Notes: generated by a model from the letters alone, not told the origin. A stretch of 64,000 nt of DNA from an uncultured Draconibacterium sp. (GCA_963677235.2 CAXXPP010000004.1:1505888-1569887), one strand, 5' to 3'; shown: positions 17,494-26,527, counted from the stretch's first letter. Numbers and translations are program-made.

Positions 17494-17585
17494 GCTAACG
17501 TATGTGCATCCCAAAAATTTGGGTTATTTCTCTATTATCGATTTGTGTTATACTCCTAATTAGGGTGTGTAAATGTAGTTTTCTG
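17494..17585 (-). other. attI-like primary recombination region
   Basis: The first cassette begins at a GTTAGC core (17499-17494) that has no attC hairpin before it; 86 bp separate it from the integrase stop. Confidence 0.65.
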
Positions 17586-18428
17586 TTAGAGTAATTCATC
17601 CAGTGGATTTTTAAAATTTTTAAAATTGTGCTCCGAAACATGAGTGTACCGTTGTGTGGTTTTAACACTCTCGTGACCCAACCACGACTGTATAAAACGA
17701 ATATCAATACCTTGTTCCAATTGGTGTGTGGCAAAACTGTGACGAAGGATGTGTGGATAAACCCTCCTGCTTATTCCCGCTCTTTGAGCTGCCGCTTTCA
17801 ATACAGATGAAATACTTTCTGCCGTATATTGCCCTCCTTTTTGTCCCTCAAATAACCACATTTTGGGCTTGTATTCTCCATAATACACGCGCAGCAATTT
17901 TAACAGAACATCCGAAAGCTGAACATACCTGTCCTTCTTCCCTTTGGCTCCTGTAATCTTTATCATCATCCGCTGCGAATCAATATCCCTTATCTTTAAA
18001 TCAATTGCTTCGCTCCTCCTCAACCCGCATGAATAGATTACTGAAATAATTGTTTTATGCTTCACATTATCTGTAGCTGCTAAAATTGCCCCAACTTCTG
18101 ATTTACTAAGAACATCAGGTAAAATCTTTTCCCTTCGTGGACGTTCTATTTCGTATTCCTGCTTTAAAGATTTTTGATTAAAAGTTCCTTGTTGAATTTT
18201 GAGTGCCGAGTAATCGATATTGGCCAAATCTCTGAACTGTTTAAAAAATAGTCTCAACTTAAAATTTTCCGGTTCTATATACCAATACCTTTTAGAGGCA
18301 CTCCATGTGGCTAATATTTCCTTTCTGAGCCTGTTGATAATCTGTTGGTCATATTTGAACCTTATACCGATTACAGGCTGCCCGTTATGGTGTTCGTTTG
18401 ATAACAATATTTGAGGCTTGATTGTCAA
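17586..18428 (-). CDS. Tyrosine recombinase/integrase associated with the cassette array
   Basis: Catalytic GLRRSE, KGKKDR, HILRHSFATH, LGH, TTQRY; TTG start; no IntI insertion. Confidence 0.9.
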   Translation of the reverse strand: MTIKPQILLSNEHHNGQPVIGIRFKYDQQIINRLRKEILATWSASKRYWYIEPENFKLRLFFKQFRDLANIDYSALKIQQGTFNQKSLKQEYEIERPRREKILPDVLSKSEVGAILAATDNVKHKTIISVIYSCGLRRSEAIDLKIRDIDSQRMMIKITGAKGKKDRYVQLSDVLLKLLRVYYGEYKPKMWLFEGQKGGQYTAESISSVLKAAAQRAGISRRVYPHILRHSFATHQLEQGIDIRFIQSWLGHESVKTTQRYTHVSEHNFKNFKNPLDELL

Positions 18429-18704
18429 ATTAGTAAGGTTTTCCGAAATTTAAGTATATTCTTCAATTTTACCATAAGTTCTATTGGAAATCTGTCTGCA
18501 ATTTCTTCAAAAAGAGATTAAAAGCTAATTTAAATAGTTTGTACACCGGACATATGAAGCCAAATTAGCCAAATTAAGAGCCTAACTTATATGTAACCCA
18601 GTTGCCGGGTCCCCTGATTCAATTCAGTTTATAGTGCTCTCGACAAAAGGGTCGGAGTAACGGTATAAAAATAGAAAACGAGGCAGGTAACCTAAAAAGT
18701 GAAG

Positions 18705-18970
18705 CTATTTTTCCATGATTAATTTCTCCAGCCTTCCATCATCTCGTCTTTCTCTTTCAGCATATGTTTGTAGAGCACAATTTATTCTTCGTGAAGCTTC
18801 ATTATTTGCTCAATGGGATGATTATTTGTAGTATAAATCGCTGCAATTGCCCCATTATCTAATGTATTCGAAATAATCTTTGCAGCCTGTTCTTCGTCAA
18901 AATTATGAAAAACTTCCACCGGAATTTTCAGTGTATCGAAAAACTGTTATAACAAAGGCAATTCGATGGT
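18705..18970 (-). pseudogene. Degenerate XRE-family HTH regulator fragment
   Basis: Manual translation LKIPVEVFHNFDEEQAAKIISNT...HPIEQIMKLHEE*IVLYKHMLKEKDEMM, with an internal stop and frameshifts. Start coordinate is approximate. Confidence 0.6.
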
Positions 18971-18995
18971 TTTTTATGGTGTATTTTGACTTTGT

Positions 18996-19032
18996 AAAAA
19001 AAGCCTGTAGATCAAATGATTTTCAGGCTTTT
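18996..19032 (-). terminator. Hairpin/terminator downstream of tRNA-Pro
   Basis: AAAAGCCTG...CAGGCTTTT stem followed by a T-run on the minus strand. Confidence 0.55.
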
Positions 19033-19057
19033 GATATTTTTTAAAAAAATTTTGTAT

Positions 19058-19134
19058 TGGTCGGGATGACAGGATTTGAACCTGCGACCCCTTCGTCCCG
19101 AACGAAGTACGCTACCGGACTGCGCTACATCCCG
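19058..19134 (-). tRNA. tRNA-Pro(CGG)
   Basis: CGGGATGTAGCGCAGTCCGGTAGCG-TA-CTTCG-TTCGGGA-CGAAG-GGGTCGCAGGTTCAAATCCTGTCATCCCGACCA; cloverleaf with encoded CCA. Confidence 0.96.
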
Positions 19135-19394
19135 ATTCCTTTAAAAGTGCTGCAAATTTAAGCTTTTTTATAAAAACAGAAACTTTTCCATAAAAAAATA
19201 CCTGTTTCTAATCATTTATTCCGAATAATAATACATAAAATCAACCTCTCCCACTCCATCTTCACAGCTCACAACAATTCCACAAATCATTTTAATAAAC
19301 TTTTGTTCATTAAAATTTGATGCATGCAATTTATTTTTACTATCTTTGTCACTGTATCATAACTACATGATTCAAAAACAAAATATTCCAAAAA

Positions 19395-19712
19395 ATGAAA
19401 ATTATAATTACTTCTTCAGGAAATAGTTTAAATTCAAAATTTGATCTGCGCTTTGGAAGAAGCAGTTGGTTTTGTATTTACGACACAACCGAAAAAACCA
19501 GTCGTTTCATTGAAAACGCCAATAAAAACAACAATAGTGGCGCAGGAACAAAATCAGCAGAAATGGTTGCAGAGTTGGAAGCTCAGAGTGTAATATCCGG
19601 CGATTTTGGTCCCAAAGCAAAAACGATGCTGGAAAAACTAAAAATTCAAATGATTATTATGGATGAGAAGAATAAATCTATCCGTGAAATTATCGATATA
19701 ATTAAAAATTGA
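19395..19712 (+). CDS. NifB/NifX family (dinitrogenase FeMo-cofactor-like) protein
   Basis: RFGRSSWFCIYD...GAGTK...VISGDFGPKA. Confidence 0.85.
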   Translation: MKIIITSSGNSLNSKFDLRFGRSSWFCIYDTTEKTSRFIENANKNNNSGAGTKSAEMVAELEAQSVISGDFGPKAKTMLEKLKIQMIIMDEKNKSIREIIDIIKN

Positions 19713-19717
19713 AAATT

Positions 19718-19948
19718 ATGCCAGAAATAGATAAATCCAAACCAGTCGGGCAAAATTTTACCGGAAGAAGAAGAAGGAGAAGAATAGGCAGGTGCAAACA
19801 AGACAGCAATACGGACATTGAAGAATTGCTCAATCAACATAAACGCGGATTCGGAAGAAAAAAGCGACTGAGGAGTGGCTGGAATGTTCCGGAAGATGGA
19901 TGCAATTCAGTCCACAAAAAAGGAAAAAGAAGAATAGCGAGAGTCTAA
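19718..19948 (+). CDS. Small basic hypothetical protein (DUF5320-like)
   Basis: MPEID..P.G...TGRRR..GRC, Arg/Gly-rich; lies within the operon. Confidence 0.5.
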   Translation: MPEIDKSKPVGQNFTGRRRRRRIGRCKQDSNTDIEELLNQHKRGFGRKKRLRSGWNVPEDGCNSVHKKGKRRIARV

Positions 19949-20019
19949 TCTTTCTTTCTGATAACCATACTGTTTTTCGACACGATTATTTTTAATACAA
20001 AACAAAAAAAAGATATAAA

Positions 20020-20361
20020 ATGAAGAAAAGAATTGCAATACCAATTGATAGTGATAGTATTTTGGATGGACATTTCGGACATTGTAAATTTTTTGCCGTT
20101 TTTGACACAGAAGGGAAACTCACTTCCAGTGAGAACCGGTTAACACCTCCGCCACATGAGCCGGGTGTTTTACCAAAGTGGCTGGCAGAAGAAGGAATTA
20201 CAGATGTAATTGCAGGAGGAATGGGAAACCGGGCCATTGAAATATTTAACCATCATAATGTTAATGTTTTTGTAGGCGCACCTAAACTAAAAGCCGAAGA
20301 ATTAGTAAATGGCTTCTTAAATGACACCATTCAATTCACGGCAAATTATTGCGATCATTAA
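20020..20361 (+). CDS. NifB/NifX family protein
   Basis: GHFGHC..F, PPPHEPGVLP.WL, IAGGMG.RA, terminal CDH. Confidence 0.88.
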   Translation: MKKRIAIPIDSDSILDGHFGHCKFFAVFDTEGKLTSSENRLTPPPHEPGVLPKWLAEEGITDVIAGGMGNRAIEIFNHHNVNVFVGAPKLKAEELVNGFLNDTIQFTANYCDH

Positions 20362-20432
20362 CTATTTTAATCCTAACTGCAACAACAACTTCAACTCAAT
20401 CGTACCCTGAAATAAAAACAAAAAAACAACCA

Positions 20433-21302
20433 ATGAAGATTGCCGTTGCAAGTGGAAAAGGTGGAACAGGAAAAACTACCGTTTCGATTAACTTATATTA
20501 TTTTATCGAAAAGTTCTTCAACAAAGCAGTTCAGCTTGTTGACTGCGATGTTGAGGAACCCAACGATATTTTATTTTTCTCCAACGCAGAATTAAATTCT
20601 GAAAAAAAAGAATTTAATCTTGTTCCTGAAATTGAACCTGAAAAATGTAAATTCTGTAAGAAATGCGATTCTTGGTGCGAATTTAACGCAATTACCATTG
20701 TTAAAGCATTAAGCTTTGCAGAAATAAATCCCGATTTATGTCATTCCTGTGGGGCATGCCTGGAGGCGTGCAACTTTAATGCAATAAAAGAAGAGAAACA
20801 TTTACTGGGAAAAATAAGCCACTTTAATACAGGAATAGGGCTTGGAATTATTGAGGGACGTTTAAAAATAGGTTCATCGATGCAATCGTCCTTAATAAAA
20901 AAGACAAAAAAAGAAACCGCAGGAGATGCTGAAATTATATTATTTGATGCGCCCCCGGGAACAAGTTGCCCGGTAGTGGAAACAGTTTCTGATGCTGATT
21001 TTATCATTCTGGTTACCGAACCAACTCCTTTTGGGTTACACGACTTAAAAATCACAGTAGAATTGCTGCTTGAATTGCAAAAGCCATTTGGTGTTATCAT
21101 TAATAAAGCAGGTGTTGGCAACCGCGATGTCCACCGGTTTCTTGTTCATAACAATATTGAAATACTGGCTGAAATTCCTTTCAATAAAGATTACGCAATT
21201 AAATATGCAGCGGGCCATGTTCTCGAAAATATTCCTGAAAATATTGAGAACATATACAAAGAGTTAATTCAAAAACTTGAACTAAAATTAGCCATGTTAT
21301 GA
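20433..21302 (+). CDS. MinD-superfamily P-loop ATPase with inserted 4Fe-4S ferredoxin domain
   Basis: MKIAVASGKGGTGKTT, DCDVEEPN, two CxxCxxC...C motifs, DAPPGTSCP; start moved from 20349. Confidence 0.88.
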   Translation: MKIAVASGKGGTGKTTVSINLYYFIEKFFNKAVQLVDCDVEEPNDILFFSNAELNSEKKEFNLVPEIEPEKCKFCKKCDSWCEFNAITIVKALSFAEINPDLCHSCGACLEACNFNAIKEEKHLLGKISHFNTGIGLGIIEGRLKIGSSMQSSLIKKTKKETAGDAEIILFDAPPGTSCPVVETVSDADFIILVTEPTPFGLHDLKITVELLLELQKPFGVIINKAGVGNRDVHRFLVHNNIEILAEIPFNKDYAIKYAAGHVLENIPENIENIYKELIQKLELKLAML

Positions 21303-22177
21303 AAGAGATTACAGTTTTAAGCGGTAAAGGAGGCGCAGGAAAAACCACTATTTCTGCAGCCTTAGCTTCTGTTACCAACAATACTGTATTTTGTGACAAT
21401 GATGTCGATGCTGCAGATCTTCACATTATATTTCAACCCAACATAAAAAAGAGCCATTCATTTAGTAGTGGAAAGAAGGCAGAAATACACCCAGAAAAAT
21501 GCACAAACTGTGGATTATGCGCAGAAAAGTGCAGGTTTGATGCCATTCATTTAAATTCCATTCACAGGTATAAAATAAATCTGTTTCAATGTGAAGGATG
21601 CAGTTTGTGTGAGCGTATTTGTCCGGAAAATGCAATTACGATCACTGAAAGCAAAAACAATTTCTGGTATGTTTCCGATACGCGTTTTGGGCCACTTGTT
21701 CATGCTAAAATGGGACCAGGGGAAGAAAATTCAGGGAAATTGGTAACCCGTGTCAGGGAAAAAGCAAAAGATATTGCTTTAAAAAACGGAGCTGATTTTA
21801 TTCTTAACGACGGGCCTCCCGGAATCGGGTGCTCAGCCATTTCATCGATAACCGGAACCGATCTTGTTTTATTGGTAATTGAACCAACTCTCTCGGGATT
21901 ACATGATGCAAAACGGTTGATTGAATTGGTAAAAAGTTTTAATATTCCCATTTTGTCAGTAATAAATAAATTTGATTTGAACCCCAAAATTTCAGATGAT
22001 GTCATTCGTTTTCTGAAGAATAAAAAAATTAAACTGGCCGGAAAAGTCAATTTCGACAATAAGGCAGTGGAATCGATGATTCATGGTCAGACAATCGTTG
22101 AATTTTCTCCTAATAGTATTTTTAGTAAAGAGATTTATTACATTTGGAAAGAAATTGAGAAGCAACTCTGCATATGA
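21299..22177 (+). CDS. MinD-superfamily P-loop ATPase with inserted 4Fe-4S ferredoxin domain
   Basis: SGKGGAGKTT, DVDAADL, CTNCGLC and CEGCSLC, GEENSGKLV, DGPPGIGC. Confidence 0.88.
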   Translation: MKEITVLSGKGGAGKTTISAALASVTNNTVFCDNDVDAADLHIIFQPNIKKSHSFSSGKKAEIHPEKCTNCGLCAEKCRFDAIHLNSIHRYKINLFQCEGCSLCERICPENAITITESKNNFWYVSDTRFGPLVHAKMGPGEENSGKLVTRVREKAKDIALKNGADFILNDGPPGIGCSAISSITGTDLVLLVIEPTLSGLHDAKRLIELVKSFNIPILSVINKFDLNPKISDDVIRFLKNKKIKLAGKVNFDNKAVESMIHGQTIVEFSPNSIFSKEIYYIWKEIEKQLCI

Positions 22178-22599
22178 AAAAGATAGTTTTTGCATTTGCG
22201 TTAAATAACGAAAATATATTTACAAAAAAATATTTTGGTGAGGCCGATAAATTTGTTTTTTACGAATTTTCAGATGGTGAATTAAAAGTGAGAGAAGAGT
22301 TAACAAATCCATTTATTAGCACATTAATGGAAGTTAACATCAACGATAAAAGAGATAAAATAGTTTCTCTTTTAAAATCCAAAGATGTTTCAGTGCTGGT
22401 ATCCCGACAATTTAGCAAGAATTTACGTTTGGTAACCGACGATTTCATTCCTGTACTTATTGAAAAGGAAAATCCGGAACAGGTGGTGGAGATTCTAAAC
22501 AAAAACATGAAATGGATTAAAGACGAGCTTAAAAACCGCAAATCAGCGCACATGCTTTTCAGAATTAATACAGGGGTTCTGAAACTGGCTATTAAGTAA
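22174..22599 (+). CDS. NifB/NifX-like protein
   Basis: YFGEADKFVFY motif and operon context. Confidence 0.65.
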   Translation: MKKIVFAFALNNENIFTKKYFGEADKFVFYEFSDGELKVREELTNPFISTLMEVNINDKRDKIVSLLKSKDVSVLVSRQFSKNLRLVTDDFIPVLIEKENPEQVVEILNKNMKWIKDELKNRKSAHMLFRINTGVLKLAIK

Positions 22600-22628
22600 T
22601 CCAATTCAAATTTTTCAACATAAACATC

Positions 22629-23411
22629 TTGAAATTAACTGTACTTACAGAAAATGTTGCCGGAGGAGAATTTCTTGCGGAACATGGAATTTCGTACCTA
22701 ATTGAAATTGACAACGAAAAGGTTCTTTGGGATACCGGACACTCAGATGTGTTTCTGAAAAATGCAGAAAAACTCGGAATTGACATTCATAAAGAAGTAA
22801 AAAAAATTGCATTAAGCCATGGGCACTGGGATCATGTTAACGGATTACAACACCTGAAAGATAAAATATTGATTACCCATCCGTCTTCCTTTATGAAACG
22901 GTTCAGAAAAAAGGACGGTTCGCCGGTAGGTCCGGCTCCTGGCAAAAAAAAATTACAGGAAAGGTTTGACTTTATTGAAACAGCTGCTCCATATAAAATC
23001 ACTGAAAATTTATGGTTCTTGGGTGAAATTCCGCGCGAAAACGATTTTGAGTCACAGAATACTTCATTTGTAGATCAATCAGGGAGAAAAGATTTTATCC
23101 CTGATGATTCGGCTTTAGCTGCTGTGATTGAAGGAAAACTGGTTGTTGTTACCGGGTGTTCGCATTCCGGAATTTGCAACATTACAGAACATGCCAAAAA
23201 TGTAACAGGTATTTCAAAAATTGAGACAGTACTGGGTGGGTTTCATTTAAAATACAACGATGTTCAAACTCAAAAAACTATCGAATATTTCAAAAAAAAT
23301 GCAGTAAAAAATGTATATCCTTCTCACTGCACTGCTTTCCCAGCTCTAACTGCTTTTTATCAGAATTTTGAATTTCAGCAGGTAAAAACGGGTATGATTT
23401 TCAATTTCTAA
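22629..23411 (+). CDS. MBL-fold metallo-hydrolase
   Basis: AEHGIS, DTG, LSHGHWDH, GCSHSG, GGFH, HCT. Confidence 0.88.
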   Translation: MKLTVLTENVAGGEFLAEHGISYLIEIDNEKVLWDTGHSDVFLKNAEKLGIDIHKEVKKIALSHGHWDHVNGLQHLKDKILITHPSSFMKRFRKKDGSPVGPAPGKKKLQERFDFIETAAPYKITENLWFLGEIPRENDFESQNTSFVDQSGRKDFIPDDSALAAVIEGKLVVVTGCSHSGICNITEHAKNVTGISKIETVLGGFHLKYNDVQTQKTIEYFKKNAVKNVYPSHCTAFPALTAFYQNFEFQQVKTGMIFNF

Positions 23412-26400
23412 TAATCCATTTCTTTCGCTGCATATTTATAAATTTCAAAGTCGTTCATTAAACCATAATCCAGTAAATCATATTGGTCTCCTGAAGGTTG
23501 TTTTGCAGGTGCAGTTTTAAAACTCCATGGAGTTACTATTCCTGGCGTTGAAAAATTATGGTGCGGCCCAAACGTATTTTTATTGCTTCCTGTAATTTTT
23601 ACTTTTATATCGTGAACACCGTAAGGAACGGTAATCTTCATTTTGTATGGTTTTTTGTATAAAATTCCCTGGTGATTTTCATCAACAAGTATCTCTGCAA
23701 CTGTACCTTTCCATGTATTTAGCTCTACCAGAAAATCGGTTTCCAGTTTTAATTGCACTTTTTTTGAATAAGCAACGGTTTGCCCGAAAAACGGCATTCC
23801 CTGGTCTTTCCACGAGCCAAATTTTAATTCCTTCGGATTTTCGATCCTCCAGCCTTTCTCGGCAGGTGTAACAGCAAAATCGCCCAGCAAATAAACCGGT
23901 TCCAGCTCACAATAAATTGAAAATGGCGAAGCTGTTAAAACAATTTCATTTCTGCCTTTTTGAATGATGTCTCCAATCTCAAACAAGCGAAAATCGTTAT
24001 CCATCCAATATTCACCATCCAGCTCACTTACTGTTTTCCCGTTTACCTTAATTTTATACAACCATGGTTGTTCTGCCACAAACTGAACCTTTTTTTGTGA
24101 AAAAGCTGAATCCACTACAAACGGATAACAAACCGTAAATCCACTGCCAGCACCAAAAGTATCAGCATCAATCAGTTCGGTTTTAAACTGGCTGGAAGAA
24201 ACCCACGGATTATCGGGATAACCATGATGTTGCCAAATTTTATTAGCTGCATCATAAAAATACATTGGTTCGCTTGAAAATGTATCCATTGTGAGTTCCA
24301 CATAATCAATGTTCAAAATATTCGGGGTTACCGGTTTTATGGTTATTTCGTCTGTGTTGTATAGTTCCATCTCTCTTTCCGGTTCAGGCTCTTTGCTTTT
24401 TTTGCTTCTTTTTGGAATAAAAAACAACTGACTTCCGGCCGGTGGTAAGCTGGTTGTGAAAGTTACATCTCCACCATTACGCAGGAAAGTATAGTTTTCA
24501 ATTTTCCCGTTTTCTGGAATGAGCTGAACAACTCCTTTTCCCTTCATTTTCAGGTTAACTTTCGCTGTTTCTTTTTTATCGAAATTAGAGATAAACAACA
24601 ACTGACCATCTTTAAATTCGCGCCGTTGGTGAAATACCTTTCCGGCAATAGAATCCGGATGTTCAAACTGAATATTTTCATTTACCGACAACTGTTTAAA
24701 CAAAGAAGAATTAACGGAATTAACTGTCTTCCAGCTTTTCTTATTTTGGAGTTCAGAAAAGGATGTTTCATCGCCATCAACAAACTGAGGATTTGCACCT
24801 GCCTGAATAATTTCGCCTCCTTTTGAAGCAAATTCTTTCAGCAATTTAAATGTACTTTTATCCAGGTTTTCAAGTGCGGGAGGTAAGATTACAGTTGAAT
24901 ATTCAGCGTGGTTAATCACAAAGTTTTTGCCATCAACCTGGCCATTCCGTGCTATTATATCTTCGCATCCTAAATCATATTCCACCTGCCAATGTTCCAA
25001 CTCATCCAAAAATGATTCAAACTCATTTTTTATCCGCTGTAATTCTTCATTTTCATTCTGAGGATTATAATACATCCACGAGGTTGTAGTGGGTTCAATA
25101 ACAAGAATTTTATTGTTTTGAACGCCTGAAGAAAGCGCTACCGATAAACGTGCAAAATAATCCGCCATGTATTTATAAACACCCCAATAAGGTGCGTGTG
25201 GTCCAAACGACTGCGGAAAATCATGTTTCCGGTCGCCAACAAGCGACATATATGAAAGGTGTTGGTTCATAAAATTTACACCTAAAACATATTCCCAGTC
25301 CCCCAGACGTTTCATGTCGAAAAATGTTAAATCCCAGCCTGCGGCCCCATATGTTTCGCTTAGTGCGCGGTGACGTCCAAACTGATTGGCAACCGAGGAA
25401 AGTTCCTTTACGTTTCGCACATTTCCAAACTGGTCAGGGCGAAGTTCTTCTGCATTAAAAAGCATGTCAATAGCCGGTTGCTGATGCCAGGCATACATTG
25501 CCATATTATCCGGACCTTCCTGCGGGCTTGGCCAGCCGTGTTCCCAGTAATGTCCTGTCCAGCGCAGATTTTTCTCTTCTGTATATTTACTCCATGGTTT
25601 TGACCATCTATCAATAAACAACTGCAAGATTAACGACTGATAATCGTGCCGAACCTTCTTCCAATTGCCAGTTTCTGTAATTAACGACATTAAATTTGGT
25701 TCGAGTTTATATCCCCATTTTTTCTGAAATTGTTCATACAAATCCGGTGAGTAACGAATCGTTTCGTCTTTGCGGGTATTTGTGTTGGGCTCGTCTGTGA
25801 AAATTCCGGGAACGCGTTTCCCAAATTCTTTTCCCAACACTTTCTCGTACCCGGGCATTGTAATGTCAATAAATTTTTCGGTTACACCTGGTTTTAATAA
25901 ATCAACATATGAATATCCGCCAAACCATTTTGATTTTTCATAATCATCGAGAACCAAAACACAATACTCCCCTTCCCTTCCTAGTTCACTTGTCGCGGTC
26001 CGTGTTATTTCAATCCATTTTCCATCTTCTTTTTTGAAAACATGTTTCACCCTTGTGCCATCCCCCTGAATTTTTAATACATCCATAAAATTTGGAGTAA
26101 GACGTATTCCCTGGCTATTTGCTTCCGGCATTTGGGCTGCTACATGCCCGCCTGCAAAACCACTGGGGAATGAATTTTCATCATAAATCCAGAGTTTCAA
26201 ATCCAAATCTTCAGCTTTTTGTAAAGAATATTCCACTAGTTCCCACCATTCATCTGACAAATACTCCGTTTTTAGCCCATAGCGCGGATGAAGAAAAACT
26301 CCGCCAATTCCTTTATCTTTAAATTCACTAAGCGTTTTATCAATAATTTCTTTTGTAACCTTTGTATTCCAAACCCATAACGGTGCCGTCCGGTACTCTG

Positions 26401-26527
26401 GCGACGGGCTCTGGAATTCTTTTTTCATTTTCCGGAAACTCATCATCCTGCCGGACTCCGGGCTGTTTATTCTTCCACACGAAAACAAAATGAGAATAAG
26501 AGTTAAAACAGGTACTATTTTCTTCAT
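23408..26527 (-). CDS. Glycoside hydrolase lipoprotein (GH106-like)
   Basis: Lipobox; PLWVWN, FLHPRYGL, WIYDENSFPSGFAGG, FTDEP, LSETYG. Confidence 0.75.
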   Translation of the reverse strand: MKKIVPVLTLILILFSCGRINSPESGRMMSFRKMKKEFQSPSPEYRTAPLWVWNTKVTKEIIDKTLSEFKDKGIGGVFLHPRYGLKTEYLSDEWWELVEYSLQKAEDLDLKLWIYDENSFPSGFAGGHVAAQMPEANSQGIRLTPNFMDVLKIQGDGTRVKHVFKKEDGKWIEITRTATSELGREGEYCVLVLDDYEKSKWFGGYSYVDLLKPGVTEKFIDITMPGYEKVLGKEFGKRVPGIFTDEPNTNTRKDETIRYSPDLYEQFQKKWGYKLEPNLMSLITETGNWKKVRHDYQSLILQLFIDRWSKPWSKYTEEKNLRWTGHYWEHGWPSPQEGPDNMAMYAWHQQPAIDMLFNAEELRPDQFGNVRNVKELSSVANQFGRHRALSETYGAAGWDLTFFDMKRLGDWEYVLGVNFMNQHLSYMSLVGDRKHDFPQSFGPHAPYWGVYKYMADYFARLSVALSSGVQNNKILVIEPTTTSWMYYNPQNENEELQRIKNEFESFLDELEHWQVEYDLGCEDIIARNGQVDGKNFVINHAEYSTVILPPALENLDKSTFKLLKEFASKGGEIIQAGANPQFVDGDETSFSELQNKKSWKTVNSVNSSLFKQLSVNENIQFEHPDSIAGKVFHQRREFKDGQLLFISNFDKKETAKVNLKMKGKGVVQLIPENGKIENYTFLRNGGDVTFTTSLPPAGSQLFFIPKRSKKSKEPEPEREMELYNTDEITIKPVTPNILNIDYVELTMDTFSSEPMYFYDAANKIWQHHGYPDNPWVSSSQFKTELIDADTFGAGSGFTVCYPFVVDSAFSQKKVQFVAEQPWLYKIKVNGKTVSELDGEYWMDNDFRLFEIGDIIQKGRNEIVLTASPFSIYCELEPVYLLGDFAVTPAEKGWRIENPKELKFGSWKDQGMPFFGQTVAYSKKVQLKLETDFLVELNTWKGTVAEILVDENHQGILYKKPYKMKITVPYGVHDIKVKITGSNKNTFGPHHNFSTPGIVTPWSFKTAPAKQPSGDQYDLLDYGLMNDFEIYKYAAKEMDY

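Larger units (their letters stand above)
2365..17499 (-). mobile_element. Integron-like gene cassette array (12 complete cassettes)
   Basis: Twelve hairpin repeats bounded by NNYAAC...GTTRNN alternate with AT-rich minus-strand genes. Cassette termini are reverse-complementary and a tyrosine recombinase is adjacent. Confidence 0.88.

Noticed and set aside
17586-18428. Housekeeping XerC/XerD or canonical IntI
   Set aside because: It lacks the Xer N-terminal domain and the IntI insertion, and its context is a cassette array.
19395-22599. Nitrogen fixation cluster
   Set aside because: No nifHDK or radical-SAM NifB is present; only small NifX-like domains.
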